This document shows positions 53,451 through 64,000 of a DNA stretch of 64,000 nt, piece after piece. Numbering within the stretch: position 1 is the first letter of the stretch; every line of letters begins with the position of its first letter. The position numbers and the translations under genes were made by a program. This stretch comes from Thecamonas trahens ATCC 50062 (taxonomy: Eukaryota > Protista > Apusomonadida): NCBI RefSeq assembly GCF_000142905.1, contig NW_013657642.1, positions 65,688 through 129,687 of the forward strand, given 5' to 3'. The notes under the pieces were generated by a model. That model did not search any database. It was not told the origin of the DNA and saw only the letters and a list, made by a program, of their open reading frames with translations.

Positions 53451-54634
53451 AGCATGGCCTGCCGGAGCGCATCGAGCCGCGGCTGCGCCATGCTCCGGGC
53501 CCGCGCCGCGCCGTCGGCCAGCACCTTGTCGATGTGGGCAGGATCGGCCAGCAGCCGCTCGCGCTCGAGCGCAATGGGCTCGACAACCTCGATGGCTGCA
53601 GCCGTGAGCGCCTCCTTAAACTGCGACGCGTTGAAGTCTGCCACTTTGCCCACCGCATCCTCGAGCTCGTCACCGGTGAGCGCGGCGTAGAGCCGGAGCA
53701 GAGCCGAAACGTTGGGTCGGGCCTCCTCGTCGTACGACATGCCGACGATCGAGTCGGTGGCGGCGCGACGGATCTTGGCTGCGATCGAGTCGCGGGTGTC
53801 CTCCAGAGTGATGCGCGACCGCTCGAGCGGGTGCGACTTGGACATCTTGACTGTGCCATCGTGGAGCGACATGATGCGCGGCGCGCGCGGGTTGAGCAGG
53901 ACCCGCGGCGGCGCAAGCTTGGTCCCAAACGCAGCGTTGAACTTGGCCGCGATGTCGCGGGCGAGCTCGATGTGCTGGACCTGGTCGTGCCCGACAGGCA
54001 CCAGGTTGGCACCGTACAGAAGAATGTCCGCAGCTTGGAGAACCGGGTAGGAGAAGAGGCCGAGCGCCGATGCTGCCCCGGCCGCCGTCTTGTCCTTGTA
54101 CTGCGTCATTCGCCGCAGCCAGGCCTCGGGCGTCACCGCACCGAGCATCCACGCGAGCGTGGTGTGCTCCTGAACCTCCGACTGGACGTACAGCACGGTG
54201 CGGTCCGGATCAATACCAGCGGCAAGGAGCGATGCTGCCGTCGCCCTCGAGCACTCGGCCAGCGCCACTCCCGAGCCCGCCAGCGTCGTCATGGCGTGCG
54301 AGTCGACAACAGAGACCACCATCGGCGCCTGGACCCCGGCCTTCACCCCCACAGCTGCCTCGGCGCCGATCTGCTCCTGCAGCCGGAGCCACGTCGCCAC
54401 CGCCCCAAGATAATTGCCCAGATGCAGCACGCCCGTCGGCTGAATGCCCGAAAACACCACATCGGCCTTGTCCAGCACATATCGCGGCGTTTGGATGATG
54501 TGCGCACCCACAGCGTCACCCACTCCCGCTGCCTTGCCCGCCTTTCCGGCGCTCATACCACGCACCCTCCCTGCACCCGCGCCCACAAGCCTCCCCATCG
54601 CCGCCCCTCCACCAACAGCCAGTCCCCGAAGCAT
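53441..54634 (-). CDS. WARS2: Mitochondrial (bacterial-type) tryptophanyl-tRNA synthetase
   Basis: FSGIQPTGVLHLGNYLGA (HIGH), YPVLQAADILLY, VPVGHDQ, KMSKS; Arg/Gly-rich presequence. Confidence 0.95.
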   Translation of the reverse strand: MLRGLAVGGGAAMGRLVGAGAGRVRGMSAGKAGKAAGVGDAVGAHIIQTPRYVLDKADVVFSGIQPTGVLHLGNYLGAVATWLRLQEQIGAEAAVGVKAGVQAPMVVSVVDSHAMTTLAGSGVALAECSRATAASLLAAGIDPDRTVLYVQSEVQEHTTLAWMLGAVTPEAWLRRMTQYKDKTAAGAASALGLFSYPVLQAADILLYGANLVPVGHDQVQHIELARDIAAKFNAAFGTKLAPPRVLLNPRAPRIMSLHDGTVKMSKSHPLERSRITLEDTRDSIAAKIRRAATDSIVGMSYDEEARPNVSALLRLYAALTGDELEDAVGKVADFNASQFKEALTAAAIEVVEPIALERERLLADPAHIDKVLADGAARARSMAQPRLDALRQAMLQL

Positions 54635-55045
54635 CCTTCCGCACCTCTTTGTCTGCGAGATGACTGTCTCCGTCCACCCCTCCCCCCCTCCCCCCCCCCC
54701 CCCTCGCTCCCCGTCCCAGACGCGTCACAGGGCAGGCCAGGCCGGCCCGGCCATGGCACCAGGGCGGCAGGGACGATGGCGTGGATGGTCGATCGGAAGC
54801 GATGAGACGATGGAGGGAGAGTGGATGAAGACTGGCACTGGTTGGCCTGCTGGACGTCCTGAGCCTACCGGGCTTGCTTGGTCTGCCTTGTGCCGCTGTG
54901 GCGGTGTGACCGTCGACCAAACTCGACGCCACCACCGCCCGCTTGCCCACACTGCTCTCGGCCGGGGCGACAGATTGCGGGTGCGGGTGCGGGTGCTTGG
55001 ACGATAGCTGGATAGTTGGTGGTGTAGGCTCTGGCTGGTGTGTGT

Positions 55046-55897
55046 ATGGTTGGACTGCTGCGGTGCATGCGACTGTGCTCGGTGTTGGCGTGGGTGGGGC
55101 TGGCCGTGGCTGCGCTGGTGGTAGCGGGTGCCGCGGGCGGTGTTAGTGGCGGGGATGGTGGCCGATGCGACGGCGTGGACGGGCTTGGCGGGCGAGTCGC
55201 TGTGGTTGATGGCGTGGAAGACATGCTGGGTGCTGGATTGCCTGGGGCTGGCTTTGCGCTGTTGTATGCGCCGGGGTGCCCGCACTCGGCCCGGGCCTGG
55301 CCGCGCTTCCTGGGTGCGGCGGCAGCGGTGGAGGCGCAGCTGGGGCGGATGCGGGCGCATTGTGTTTCTGGGACAGCGTCTACGGCAGCTACGGTGCCGA
55401 ATACAAGGTATGTGGCGAGCGACGCGTCGCGGAAGCCCGAGATCGCCCTGAGCGTCCGCATCTGGGCCGTCCCGCTCATGGTGGCGGTGGTCAACGGGAG
55501 CGTGGCGGCGACCCGGGTCCCACCGGTCGACGACGATCCGACGGCAATGGCGGCGTGGATGGCCAGACAGCTGGAGCGCAGATGGCCGATGCTGCGGGAG
55601 ACGCAGCTTGTGGAGCTTGTTCGCGGCGGCGAGCGTGGCGTCTGTCCAGCCGTGGTCCTCGATCGCCACCCAGAGTGCAGTGCGGCGGCTGGCGCGCCCG
55701 TGGAGCTGCTGCCACCATGGCCCGAGGTCCGCATTGCCTTTCGCCCGTCCCGGCCTTTTACACCGGGTACACTTGCCGCAAGCATCGTGGTGATGGTTGC
55801 GGTGGTGGTGTGGGCGGCGTCACCGGGCACAGTGAGTCTGTGGTGGCGGCACATCTTCGAGCCGCCGCTTGTGGTCCAGCATCTGCACAGAGAATAA
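55046..55897 (+). CDS. Membrane-anchored thioredoxin-like protein (TXNDC15/APRL-like, CxxS)
   Basis: Signal peptide, LLYAPGCPHSARAWPRF, the cis-Pro motif WAVP and a C-terminal TM helix. Confidence 0.55.
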   Translation: MVGLLRCMRLCSVLAWVGLAVAALVVAGAAGGVSGGDGGRCDGVDGLGGRVAVVDGVEDMLGAGLPGAGFALLYAPGCPHSARAWPRFLGAAAAVEAQLGRMRAHCVSGTASTAATVPNTRYVASDASRKPEIALSVRIWAVPLMVAVVNGSVAATRVPPVDDDPTAMAAWMARQLERRWPMLRETQLVELVRGGERGVCPAVVLDRHPECSAAAGAPVELLPPWPEVRIAFRPSRPFTPGTLAASIVVMVAVVVWAASPGTVSLWWRHIFEPPLVVQHLHRE

Positions 55898-55906
55898 CAA
55901 TCGTGA

Positions 55907-56530
55907 TCATGTGTCCTCGGCCGATGCGATCGCAGCCTCTTCCCCAGCTTCAGCACCAGCCACGACAGCAACATCGTCTTCCCCAGCCGCGACAGCAGCA
56001 TCCCCGTTCCCAGCTTCAGCACCAGCTTCAGCACCAGCCTCAACCCCACCATCCCCTTCCCCAGCTGCAACATCACCACCCACGGCCTCGCCCGGCTCGC
56101 CACTCAGGTCGCCCTCATCATCGTCGTCGGGATCTAGGATGAGGGCGTTGGGGTCGGCGGCGACGACCAGCGGGAACTTGTCGTCGAGCTTGCTTCTCAG
56201 TGAGCGGCAGCGCTTGAAGATGTTGTCCAAGTCCTTTTTCATCTCCCGTAGAAGCTTGGTGTAGCTCTCGAGGGCCTTGACCTGCTTTCCCTGTGCCGCC
56301 GCCACCTCTGCGTTGAACTGCTCCAGCACCGCGTTGGTCGCCCGGTACCGCTCAAGCGACGCCTCCTGCGCCGCAAGCACCCCGTCCACTTCGTCCTTGT
56401 CCACCAGCCGTCCCAGCGCACACCCCAGCTTCTCCCCGGCCGACTTTGTCTCTGTCCCTGCTCCTGTTCCTGTCGCTGTCACTGCCGTTGGCCCTGCTGC
56501 GGTCCCTGCCCGCGCCGCCTCGTCGCCCAT
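55907..56530 (-). CDS. KXD1: KxDL motif protein (BORC subunit)
   Basis: YTKLLREMKKDLDNIFKRCRSLRSKL with an upstream Q...L.RY..TN..L..FN helix. Confidence 0.85.
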   Translation of the reverse strand: MGDEAARAGTAAGPTAVTATGTGAGTETKSAGEKLGCALGRLVDKDEVDGVLAAQEASLERYRATNAVLEQFNAEVAAAQGKQVKALESYTKLLREMKKDLDNIFKRCRSLRSKLDDKFPLVVAADPNALILDPDDDDEGDLSGEPGEAVGGDVAAGEGDGGVEAGAEAGAEAGNGDAAVAAGEDDVAVVAGAEAGEEAAIASAEDT

Positions 56531-56614
56531 GTTGCCCTCCTCGCTCGACCACAGCTAGACGAGTGTAGCCACTTTCCCTTCTCCCCCCCCTCCCCACACG
56601 ACTCGCTGTTGGTG

Positions 56615-59600
56615 TTACTCGTCTTCGGAGCGCAGGGCATCGGTGACCCATGCGGTGAGCTTCTGCAGCTGCGGCGACTGCGCGATCTCTGGGAGGAGCG
56701 CCTTGAGCAGGCTGCGCCCGTCGAGATCGGCTCGGGTGGTGGAGAGGAGGTTGATGGCCACATTGCGGAGCTTGGCCTCGGCCGCGTCGCGGACCAGCCG
56801 CCGGACGTACTCACGCATCCAGTGCTCAAACTCGCTGCTCGAGCCCATGGCGAGCGCGGCAGAGACCTGGTGCTCCAGGTAGCCGACGGTGACCAGGCGC
56901 TGCTGGCTGAGCGAGAGCGCTGCCAGGAACGGCGCAACTTGGTGTGCGAGCCGAGGGACCAGCCGAAGCTGCGCCGCCGCGAGCTCGCCCGACGGCAGCG
57001 ACGCCCGCGCAAAGCCGAGTGACGACGCAAAGTACTGCGAGCCGACGTACGAGCCGTCGGCCACCCGCATCCACGCGTCCGCCGCAGCGTTGTGCAGGTA
57101 CACATACCCATTCGAGAGCTCGACCACCACGTCGCTCTCCGGGCCGACGCTGCGCACGTCCGCCACGCGCACCTCAGCCGCGCTCGCCTCGCCGGCAACA
57201 ACAGAGTTGAGCAGCGGCGCGACAGTGAGCGTCTTGCGCGCCACCATGCTCGCCGCGGCCCGGCCGCCTCCGTGCCCATGCCCGAGCGGTGCGCCAAGCC
57301 GCGCCAGCGGACCGACCACCTCCCACACCCGGAGCGAGCCCGACGCGCTAAGCGCCACAATCCGCGGCAAATCTGCACTCACCCGGACCATCACCAGCGG
57401 CAGCCCGAGGACCAATGCTGGCGAGAGCAGCGCGCCGTTGGCCGCAGAGAACACATGCAGCCCGCCGTCGTCAAACGTCGCCGCCACCGCAAGCAGCTCT
57501 GACGCCGCCACGGCGTTGACCCGCCCCGGCACATAAGCCTCCCACACCAGCTCGCCACTCTGGCTCAGCGAGAGGCTCGATCCTCGCGCAGGCCCGGCTT
57601 CTGCCGGCCCGCTCAACTTCCATCCCCGCGCCTCAAGCGCGTACTCGATCGCCTCGTCGCCTCCGCTCGGACTGCTCGGCCCGGCCCCGAGCAGGACCGG
57701 CGCCGGCGCCACCCGGAAGCTGACAGCCTTGACCGGCGTCACCGCCGGCGGGTCCAGGTACAAGTCCTCCGCGCTCACCACCAGCCGTGCCACAGGCTCG
57801 GCTGGCTCCACCTCGCCCATCGTCAGCGTCCGCTGGCGCTTCGCCCGCGACACCCCGCCGGCTGCCGGCGCCATGCTAGCTCCAGGCGGATCGCTGGCGC
57901 CGGCTCCGCCCAGCGACGCCCGCGTGGCCGTTCGCTTGCGCGGAATGAGCGTGTTGACCACCGGCGGGTTCATCGACGGCCGTGCAAAGCCCGTCTGCGA
58001 CGTCGACCGCGGCGCGAGGACTGCCGGCGCCGCTGCGCCTGGCAGCGTCGACAGCAGCTGGGGCTGGACCCGCCGCTTGCCGCTTTTGGTGATCGACTCC
58101 TTCTGCTCCACTGGCGGAAGCGCTACCGGCTCCGACACCGCCAGCTGCTGCATCTTGCCCGCTATGCCGTGGGCGCCCTTCACTGCGTCCAGCCCAGACC
58201 GCAGCGCCTCGGTCTCCGCCCGCACCGCAGACACCGTTCGCGGCGTGAGCGTCATCGACGGCGCCGAAATCGACTGCAGGCTCACCGTCTCGGCGTACTC
58301 CTGCAGGTGCACCGTCTTGCCCAGGAACTCGCCGTACTCGTCCGCCAGAATCCGCTGGTGCTCGCGCTCAGAGACGGGCTGTGAGAGCACGTGCTCTGAC
58401 TCAATGTCAAAGACAAAGCATCCGACCGTCCCGTCGTACGAGCACGCCATCAGAACTGTCCCGTCGTCTGACCACGACAGATCCATTACAGAGTGCTCAA
58501 ACATCGCCGTAGCAATCAGTAGCGGCCGGTCTTGGAATGACGCCCAGATCGAAATCGAGTTGTCCTGCGACCCAATGGCGCAGCAGACAAAGTATTCGTC
58601 GTCATTGCCTCCTGCCGACGGAGACCCCGGGCTGGCACTGCTGCTGCCGCTCTTCTTCTTCCGCCGCTTCTTGTCCTTGGTCGGCGTGGCAGCCTCGCTT
58701 GCCTCGTCCTCATCATCGCCTTCGGCCGAGTTCGCGCCTTTGCTCTCATCTGCGACCGCACCCGCGCCCGGTGCTTGTGCCTGGGCCTGCGTCTCTCCCT
58801 CTGACGCCGGTGGTGCTGCCGCTGTCGCCCGAAAGTGCTCCGGAATGCGAAAGAGCCGCGGGTTGTACCGCGCAACCACCACAGGCTCAGAATGACCGAC
58901 AAACTCGACGGCAGTCTCCCACGTGTCGCGCGCGAGCACAGTGGCAACAGGATTGGTGTTGTTGTACGCGTACGCCGAGGTCAGCCACTTGCCATCAGGT
59001 GACCACGAGCAGCGGCGGAAGAACGAGTGCGGCGGCGAGCCCTCAAAGGGCGCGGCCACCGAGGCCACCTGCCGCCACTCGGTAGTTGACCAGATCTTGA
59101 GCGAGCGGTCGTTCGACTGCGATGCGAGGTACTTGCCGACAGGGTCCCACGCCAGACCCTTGACAAACTCCGAGTGGCCCTTGAGAGTGGCAAGCAGCTC
59201 AAACTCGGTCGTGTCCCACACCAGAATGTCGCCGTCAACTCCGCATGACGCCAAGTATGAGTCATCACACGACCACGCCAGGTCAGTCACGTCGGCAGTA
59301 TGCCCACGGAGCGCCCGGTAAAAGCCCCACCCCTCGTGGTTAACCTTGGCCGAGCCAAAGACCTGCGTTGGCGAGTCGGACTGCGCCCAGATGATGATGA
59401 CTTTGTCGTCGGCTCCCGACGCCAGAAACTCACCCGACGCACACCACCGGACCGCGTTAATGGCGCCCTGATGCCGCGGCAGCGTCGCCAGACACCGGTG
59501 CTGCCGCTCCACCGCACTGGCAGCCCGCGGCGGCGAGCCCTGGCTCGCCGCGCTACCGAATCCAGTCGCGCCCGAGCCCATGAGCAGGTCCATCCGCGAC

Positions 59601-59970
59601 GCCTTGCCGGCCTTGCCCGCCGCTTTCTTGCTCGACCCTTTCTTGCCCGACCCCTTGCTCTTCCCGTCATCATCGTATCCAGCGTCATCATCATCGTCAT
59701 CATCGTCTTCCGACGTTGTGTACACGCCACTATCGTCCGACTCGTCGTCCGAGTCTGATGTCGCCGAGCCAGTCAGCTTTGCCGCCGCATCCACAAACGG
59801 CACCATGGACCAGATCTTGACGTTGCGGTCCGAGCCCCCGGTGGCAAAGCGAGTAGCCGACGGATGGATATCGATGGAGAAGATCGGATTCCCTCCATGG
59901 TTCACCCATTTGGCCTTGCACAAGTCCACCTATCCATTTCCACCCCAACACTCTCTCTGTGAGTGCTGTG

Positions 59971-60021
<51 letters not shown>

Positions 60022-60262
60022 GGTGTGTGTGTGTGGTGTCTGGTGGTGGTGGCGGTGGTGCAGAATCAAACCGCCCCGCCACCACCAAGGCTGTCCTGGT
60101 AGCCACTACAGCCATGGCCCAGTGCGCGGGAAGGGGACAAATGGGGAATGTGGCGGTGGCAACAGTGTGGTGGAGGGAGGGTGTATGGTGGGGGGGAGGG
60201 GGGGAGGGGCTGTTACCTACATTCTCCTCGTGTTCAGGTCGCGGTGACGGTGACCTGGACAT
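56615..60262 (-). CDS. HIRA: Histone chaperone HIRA; predicted exons 60262-60221 and 59929-56615
   Basis: WVNH..PIFSIDIHP..RFATGG WD40 start, FFRRCSWSPDG, B-domain KSGKRRVQP and C-terminal LEHQVSAAL. A phase-0 GTAGGT..TAG intron supplies the ATG (first exon less certain). Confidence 0.93.
59971..60034. repeat. (TG)n microsatellite in the HIRA intron
   Basis: Directly visible. Confidence 0.95.
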
Positions 60263-60504
60263 GCCCCCTCGGTTGTCTGCTGAGGTGGGCGAGGGAGTGT
60301 GCGGGGAAGTGGGGTGAGGTGGTGTTGCTGCTGGCCGTCACGCGCCTCTTTGCCGACGCGCACAATTACACACGCACCACTTTCGGACAATCGATGGCAT
60401 GCGGTGGACAAGCGAGCAGCAAATCAATAAAGAGCTTCACCATCGGTGCCAATCGGTGCCAATCGGCTTACATGCGGTAGGGTGCACGGCTGGGTTTAAA
60501 TCGG

Positions 60505-61743
60505 TCACAGCTTTCTCCGCTTGCTCGGAGGGAGGGCGGCGTTCTTGGCTTGCCGCAGGCGGGCCTCGGCGTCGTCGTCCGAGTCGCTGAAGAGGTCGTC
60601 GTCGTCGAGCTGGTCGTCATCGAAGCCAGCGAGCTGCGAGTTGGGCTTGCGCTTCCGCTTGTTGCGCCAGGCCTCAACGCCGGCGTCATCGTACTCGTGG
60701 TGCTCGGGCATGACACCCGAGCGTGAGTCCTCGAGGTAGCCGGCGGCATTGTAGTTTGCGGCGGTGCGGCGGCGCTCGTTCTCGGCGATGCGGCGGGCGC
60801 GGATGACCTCTGCTGCGGCCTTGGACGCGGTCTCATGGGCGGCGGCGTCGATAGGCGTTGTCACGGTGGTCTTGATCTTGGACTGGGCGGCAGCCTGCGA
60901 GCGCGATGCGACGGCGCGGGTCATCAGCTTGTGGGCCTTGGAGTTGATGTCGACGGGCCGGAACGAGATGCGCCCGCCAACGGTTGCGCCCAGCGTCTCG
61001 ATAGAGTCGAGCTGGCGGATGCCAATCTCGCGGTACTGGGTCTCGCGGACCACCTGGGCTTCAAACGCCTCCGAGCCGACAAACAGGTGCCACGAGCCGT
61101 CCTCCCACTCGACGAGCCGGGTGTTGGACTCAGGCTTGCCCTCGGCGTTGGTCCGCCAGCGGACGTAGTACTCGCACGGGATGACGAGCTTGTCGTCGTC
61201 CTCGGCCTTCCGCGCGTCGTTCGGGTCGACGTAATCCTCACGGGTGTACGGCTCGGGCTCGACAGCCAGAAAGTTGGGCATCTTGACCGAGTACACCTCC
61301 TTGCCCACCTTGGGCACCGGCCCGAGCACCACTTCCATTGCCGGCCCGTCCTCGGTGTACGTCTTGTACACCACATCGTCGTCCTCGGCGTCGTCGTCGC
61401 TGGCCACCAGTCCGAGCGCCGCGGCGCCGCCGTCGTCGTCGTCGTTGTCACCATCACCTTGAGGATCCGGCAGGGCGTCGGCCTCTGCGGCGGCAGCTGC
61501 CAGATCAACATCCGCCAGCGAGTTGGAGTTGTTGGCGGTGGAGTCCTCGTCCGCCCCGGGCCCAGCGCCAGCCTCGACGGCGTCGTCATCGGCACTACCG
61601 GCATCGTCGTCAGAAATAGCGCCAAACAGGTCCTCCTCATCGCCAGACATGTTCTCCTCCTCCGCTGCCGCAGCCACCGGGCTCTCAGCAGGCGCTCCCG
61701 TCTCTGCAGCAGTCGTCGTCTCCATGGGCTCCGGCTCTGCCAT
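60505..61743 (-). CDS. LEO1: PAF1 complex subunit Leo1
   Basis: Acidic N-terminus, VKMPNFLAVEPEPY, VRWR, ESNTRLVEWEDGSWHLFVG and FRP..NSKAHK. Confidence 0.9.
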   Translation of the reverse strand: MAEPEPMETTTAAETGAPAESPVAAAAEEENMSGDEEDLFGAISDDDAGSADDDAVEAGAGPGADEDSTANNSNSLADVDLAAAAAEADALPDPQGDGDNDDDDGGAAALGLVASDDDAEDDDVVYKTYTEDGPAMEVVLGPVPKVGKEVYSVKMPNFLAVEPEPYTREDYVDPNDARKAEDDDKLVIPCEYYVRWRTNAEGKPESNTRLVEWEDGSWHLFVGSEAFEAQVVRETQYREIGIRQLDSIETLGATVGGRISFRPVDINSKAHKLMTRAVASRSQAAAQSKIKTTVTTPIDAAAHETASKAAAEVIRARRIAENERRRTAANYNAAGYLEDSRSGVMPEHHEYDDAGVEAWRNKRKRKPNSQLAGFDDDQLDDDDLFSDSDDDAEARLRQAKNAALPPSKRRKL

Positions 61744-62167
61744 GGTATGTGTGTGCGGGGAGTGTGGTGTGGGTGCTACAGGGGGACGGGCCAGGAGGGG
61801 GGGGAGGGAGAGGGGGGTGAGTGTGTGTGGGGGTCGCTGGGGGGGGGGGGGAAGGAGAGGGGAGGGAAGGGAGTGGGTACCTGTGCGGGGAGTGGTGTAA
61901 GTGGTGAGTGGTGAGTGGTGTGGAGTGTGGAGTGTGGAGTGTGGAGTGTGGAGTGTTGGAGTGTGTATGTGCTGGGTCTCCCTCTGTCGGCTGGAGGTGG
62001 CGGATCAGGGGCAAGTGGCCACAGCCACAGCCAGTGAATGGTGTGGCCTTTTTGGCGGATGGTCATGGGCCACTCCTGCCACAGGAACAGGCACACGGTC
62101 TGTTGCCGAGGCTGTGGCGGTTGGAATGGGTACACATACATTTGACTGTTGCTAGCAGACAAGACAC

Positions 62168-62383
62168 ATGGCAGTGTCTGCAGACTCTGTCTTTGCACCT
62201 ATTGACCTCATCGAGGTGGGGGATGCTCTTGCAGAGCTTCCTGAGGACCTGGCTGCCCAGGCGCTGGCGGTACGGAATGAGGGGAAGGAGAGGGACGAGG
62301 AGGGGGGAGGGTGGAGAGGGAAGGAGGGGGGGAAGGGGAGGGGAGGGGAGGGGAGGGGAGGGGAGAGGTATGTAGTTTGCGTG

Positions 62384-62415
<32 letters not shown>

Positions 62416-62482
62416 GTGAGGTTGCGGGGGGACTCATGTATGGCCAGGGGGGCGTGTGTGCGTGTGCCCGCCCACCACCACC

Positions 62483-62556
<74 letters not shown>

Positions 62557-63941
62557 TATCATTATCATCATCGCCTCTCTGCTCCTCGGCTCGCGGGATG
62601 TAGGAGCTGAACGAAGACCCGGCGACTCGGCTGCAGTTCCTGGAAGAGCTGCGCAACCTGCTGCAGAGTCACGAGCTGTACGAGGAGCTCCAGGTGCGGA
62701 CAGACTTTCGGTTCCTGCTGCCGTTTGCACGGGCGCGCAAGTTCCGGATGGAGGAGGCTGCCGCCAACGTGATCAATTACTACACTTTTGCCCGCAAGAT
62801 GGGCTGGGACAAGGCTGTTCACGTCGACGCCTTCCGCACCGCGCTGGAGACTGGGGCCATGTGGGTGCTCGGGCAGGACGACGAGGGCCGGACGATGGTC
62901 TCGCTGCAGGGCGCGTTCTTTGAGACGTCACGAGCGAGCCTCGCCGACTTTCAGCGCGCGCTGTACTTTCTGCTTCATCTGTGCATCCGTGACGACGCCA
63001 CCCAGATCCGCGGCTTTGTCATCCTGGAGGACATGCGCGGCATGGGGCTCGACGCTGCGTCATTTGAGCGCAACGGCGCCAAGGTCTGCTTTGAGATGAT
63101 GTCCAAGAACTTTCCGGCGCGGATGAAGGGCTTCTACGTGGTCAACCAGCCTTGGTTCATCTCAGGCCTGTTCAAGGTCGCCAAACCGTTTGTCTCGTCC
63201 AAGATCTCGTCGCGGGTTCACATGCTCGGCTCGGACCTGTCCAAGCTGCACGAGATCTTTGGCGCCGATAAGCTGCCGCGTCAGTACTACGGCGGCGAGG
63301 TCGAGTTTGACTGGCCCTCGCATGTTGCCGCCATCTACGACGAGGTCGGTGCCGTCTACGAGCCACCGCAGCGCCTCGTCCTCACCTCGACCCTCTCCCC
63401 GCTGCCCAAGGAGTTTGGCATCGACGTCGTCCAGCTCGACGGACGCATTTCGGTCTCGGGCATCGACGCTGGCTCGCTCGGCGAGCACCTCGGCCTCCAC
63501 CTCGGCGACATTATCGAGACACTCAACGGGCTTCCGGTCCGTTTCATGCGCCACCTCAAGCTCAAGAAGTCCTGGCCTGCCGTCACCGTCGAGCTCATCC
63601 GCCCCTCACCCGAGGAGAAGGCTCGCCGCGACGAGCTCATTGCGAAGACCTTTGGTGTCGGGGTGGACCACGCTGACGCCCAGCCTGTTTTCTCCGGCGA
63701 TGCCGCTGCATCGCCTGCCAGCGATGGTGCCGCTCAGGACGACGCCGCTGCCTACGACAGCGACGGCTACGACTCCGAGGGCGCAACCGATCCGTTTGGC
63801 GAGTATCCCGACGCTGCTCTCGCCGACGATGCCAGTCACGCTGGTAGCATTGCCAGTGCTGGCAGCCACGTCGAGTACTCGGACGTGGGCAGCGACGGCG
63901 ATGATGGCCACGAGCCGGAGCGCTCGGGCAGCGACAACGAT

Positions 63942-63981
<40 letters not shown>

Positions 63982-64000
63982 GCGATGGCGAGGATTCAGA
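62168..64000 (+). CDS. CRAL-TRIO (Sec14/alpha-TTP/clavesin-like) protein with a PDZ-like domain; exon 62168-62269, then 62604 to beyond the window end
   Basis: Phase-0 GTACGG..TAG intron. Hand translation gives ELNED..., DFRFLLPFARARKF, QIRGFVILEDMRG, FPARMKGFYVVNQPW, LPRQYYGG, then EFGIDV..VSGIDAGSLGEHLGLHLGDIIETLNG. No stop before the window end. Confidence 0.85.
62474..62572. repeat. (CAC)n-(CAT)n microsatellite in an intron
   Basis: Directly visible. Confidence 0.95.

Noticed and set aside
53441-54634. Bacterial-type TrpRS as HGT or contamination
   Set aside because: It has an N-terminal presequence and is the expected nucleus-encoded mitochondrial enzyme.
56615-61743. HIRA next to LEO1 as a functional chromatin gene cluster
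   Set aside because: Two adjacent genes in a dense genome with otherwise unrelated neighbours; no evidence beyond chance.
61905-61966. (GTGTGGA)n / (GTGGTGA)n as a telomeric repeat
   Set aside because: A short internal tract that does not match TTAGGG-type repeats; an ordinary simple repeat in a promoter region.

Overview
Eukaryotic, GC-rich, very gene-dense and intron-poor genomic DNA with about 30 protein-coding genes. It has a handful of mostly 5'-proximal GT-AG introns filled with simple repeats and one 100-N assembly gap. The style and gene content (a DEK1-type 23-TM calpain, a Cys-rich multi-TM receptor) suggest a flagellated protist such as the apusomonad Thecamonas trahens; this is inference, not verified. 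Housekeeping genes recognised: MCCC1 (3' part), TMEM68-like acyltransferase, cathepsin D-like protease, proteasome alpha6/PSMA1, ArfGAP-C2, DUSP, NEK1, ZIP transporter, mitochondrial TrpRS, KXD1, HIRA and LEO1. The most striking observations are: (1) a single-chain K+ channel with four pore domains and a circularly permuted C2 domain that keeps all five Ca2+-binding aspartates, opened at its Ca2+-binding loop and wired between pore domains 1 and 2; (2) an intronless bacterial-type polymorphic-toxin immunity gene (Imm51-like) between eukaryotic housekeeping genes; (3) several apparently dead or very divergent paralogs (a P-type ATPase lacking all catalytic motifs, a CAP-Gly/transglutaminase fusion with Cys->Ser, and divergent CRM1 and VDAC). 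Three single-base frameshifts look like assembly errors. No rRNA, tRNA, CRISPR array or intact transposon was recognised. All family assignments are from motif recognition by eye, without database searches.
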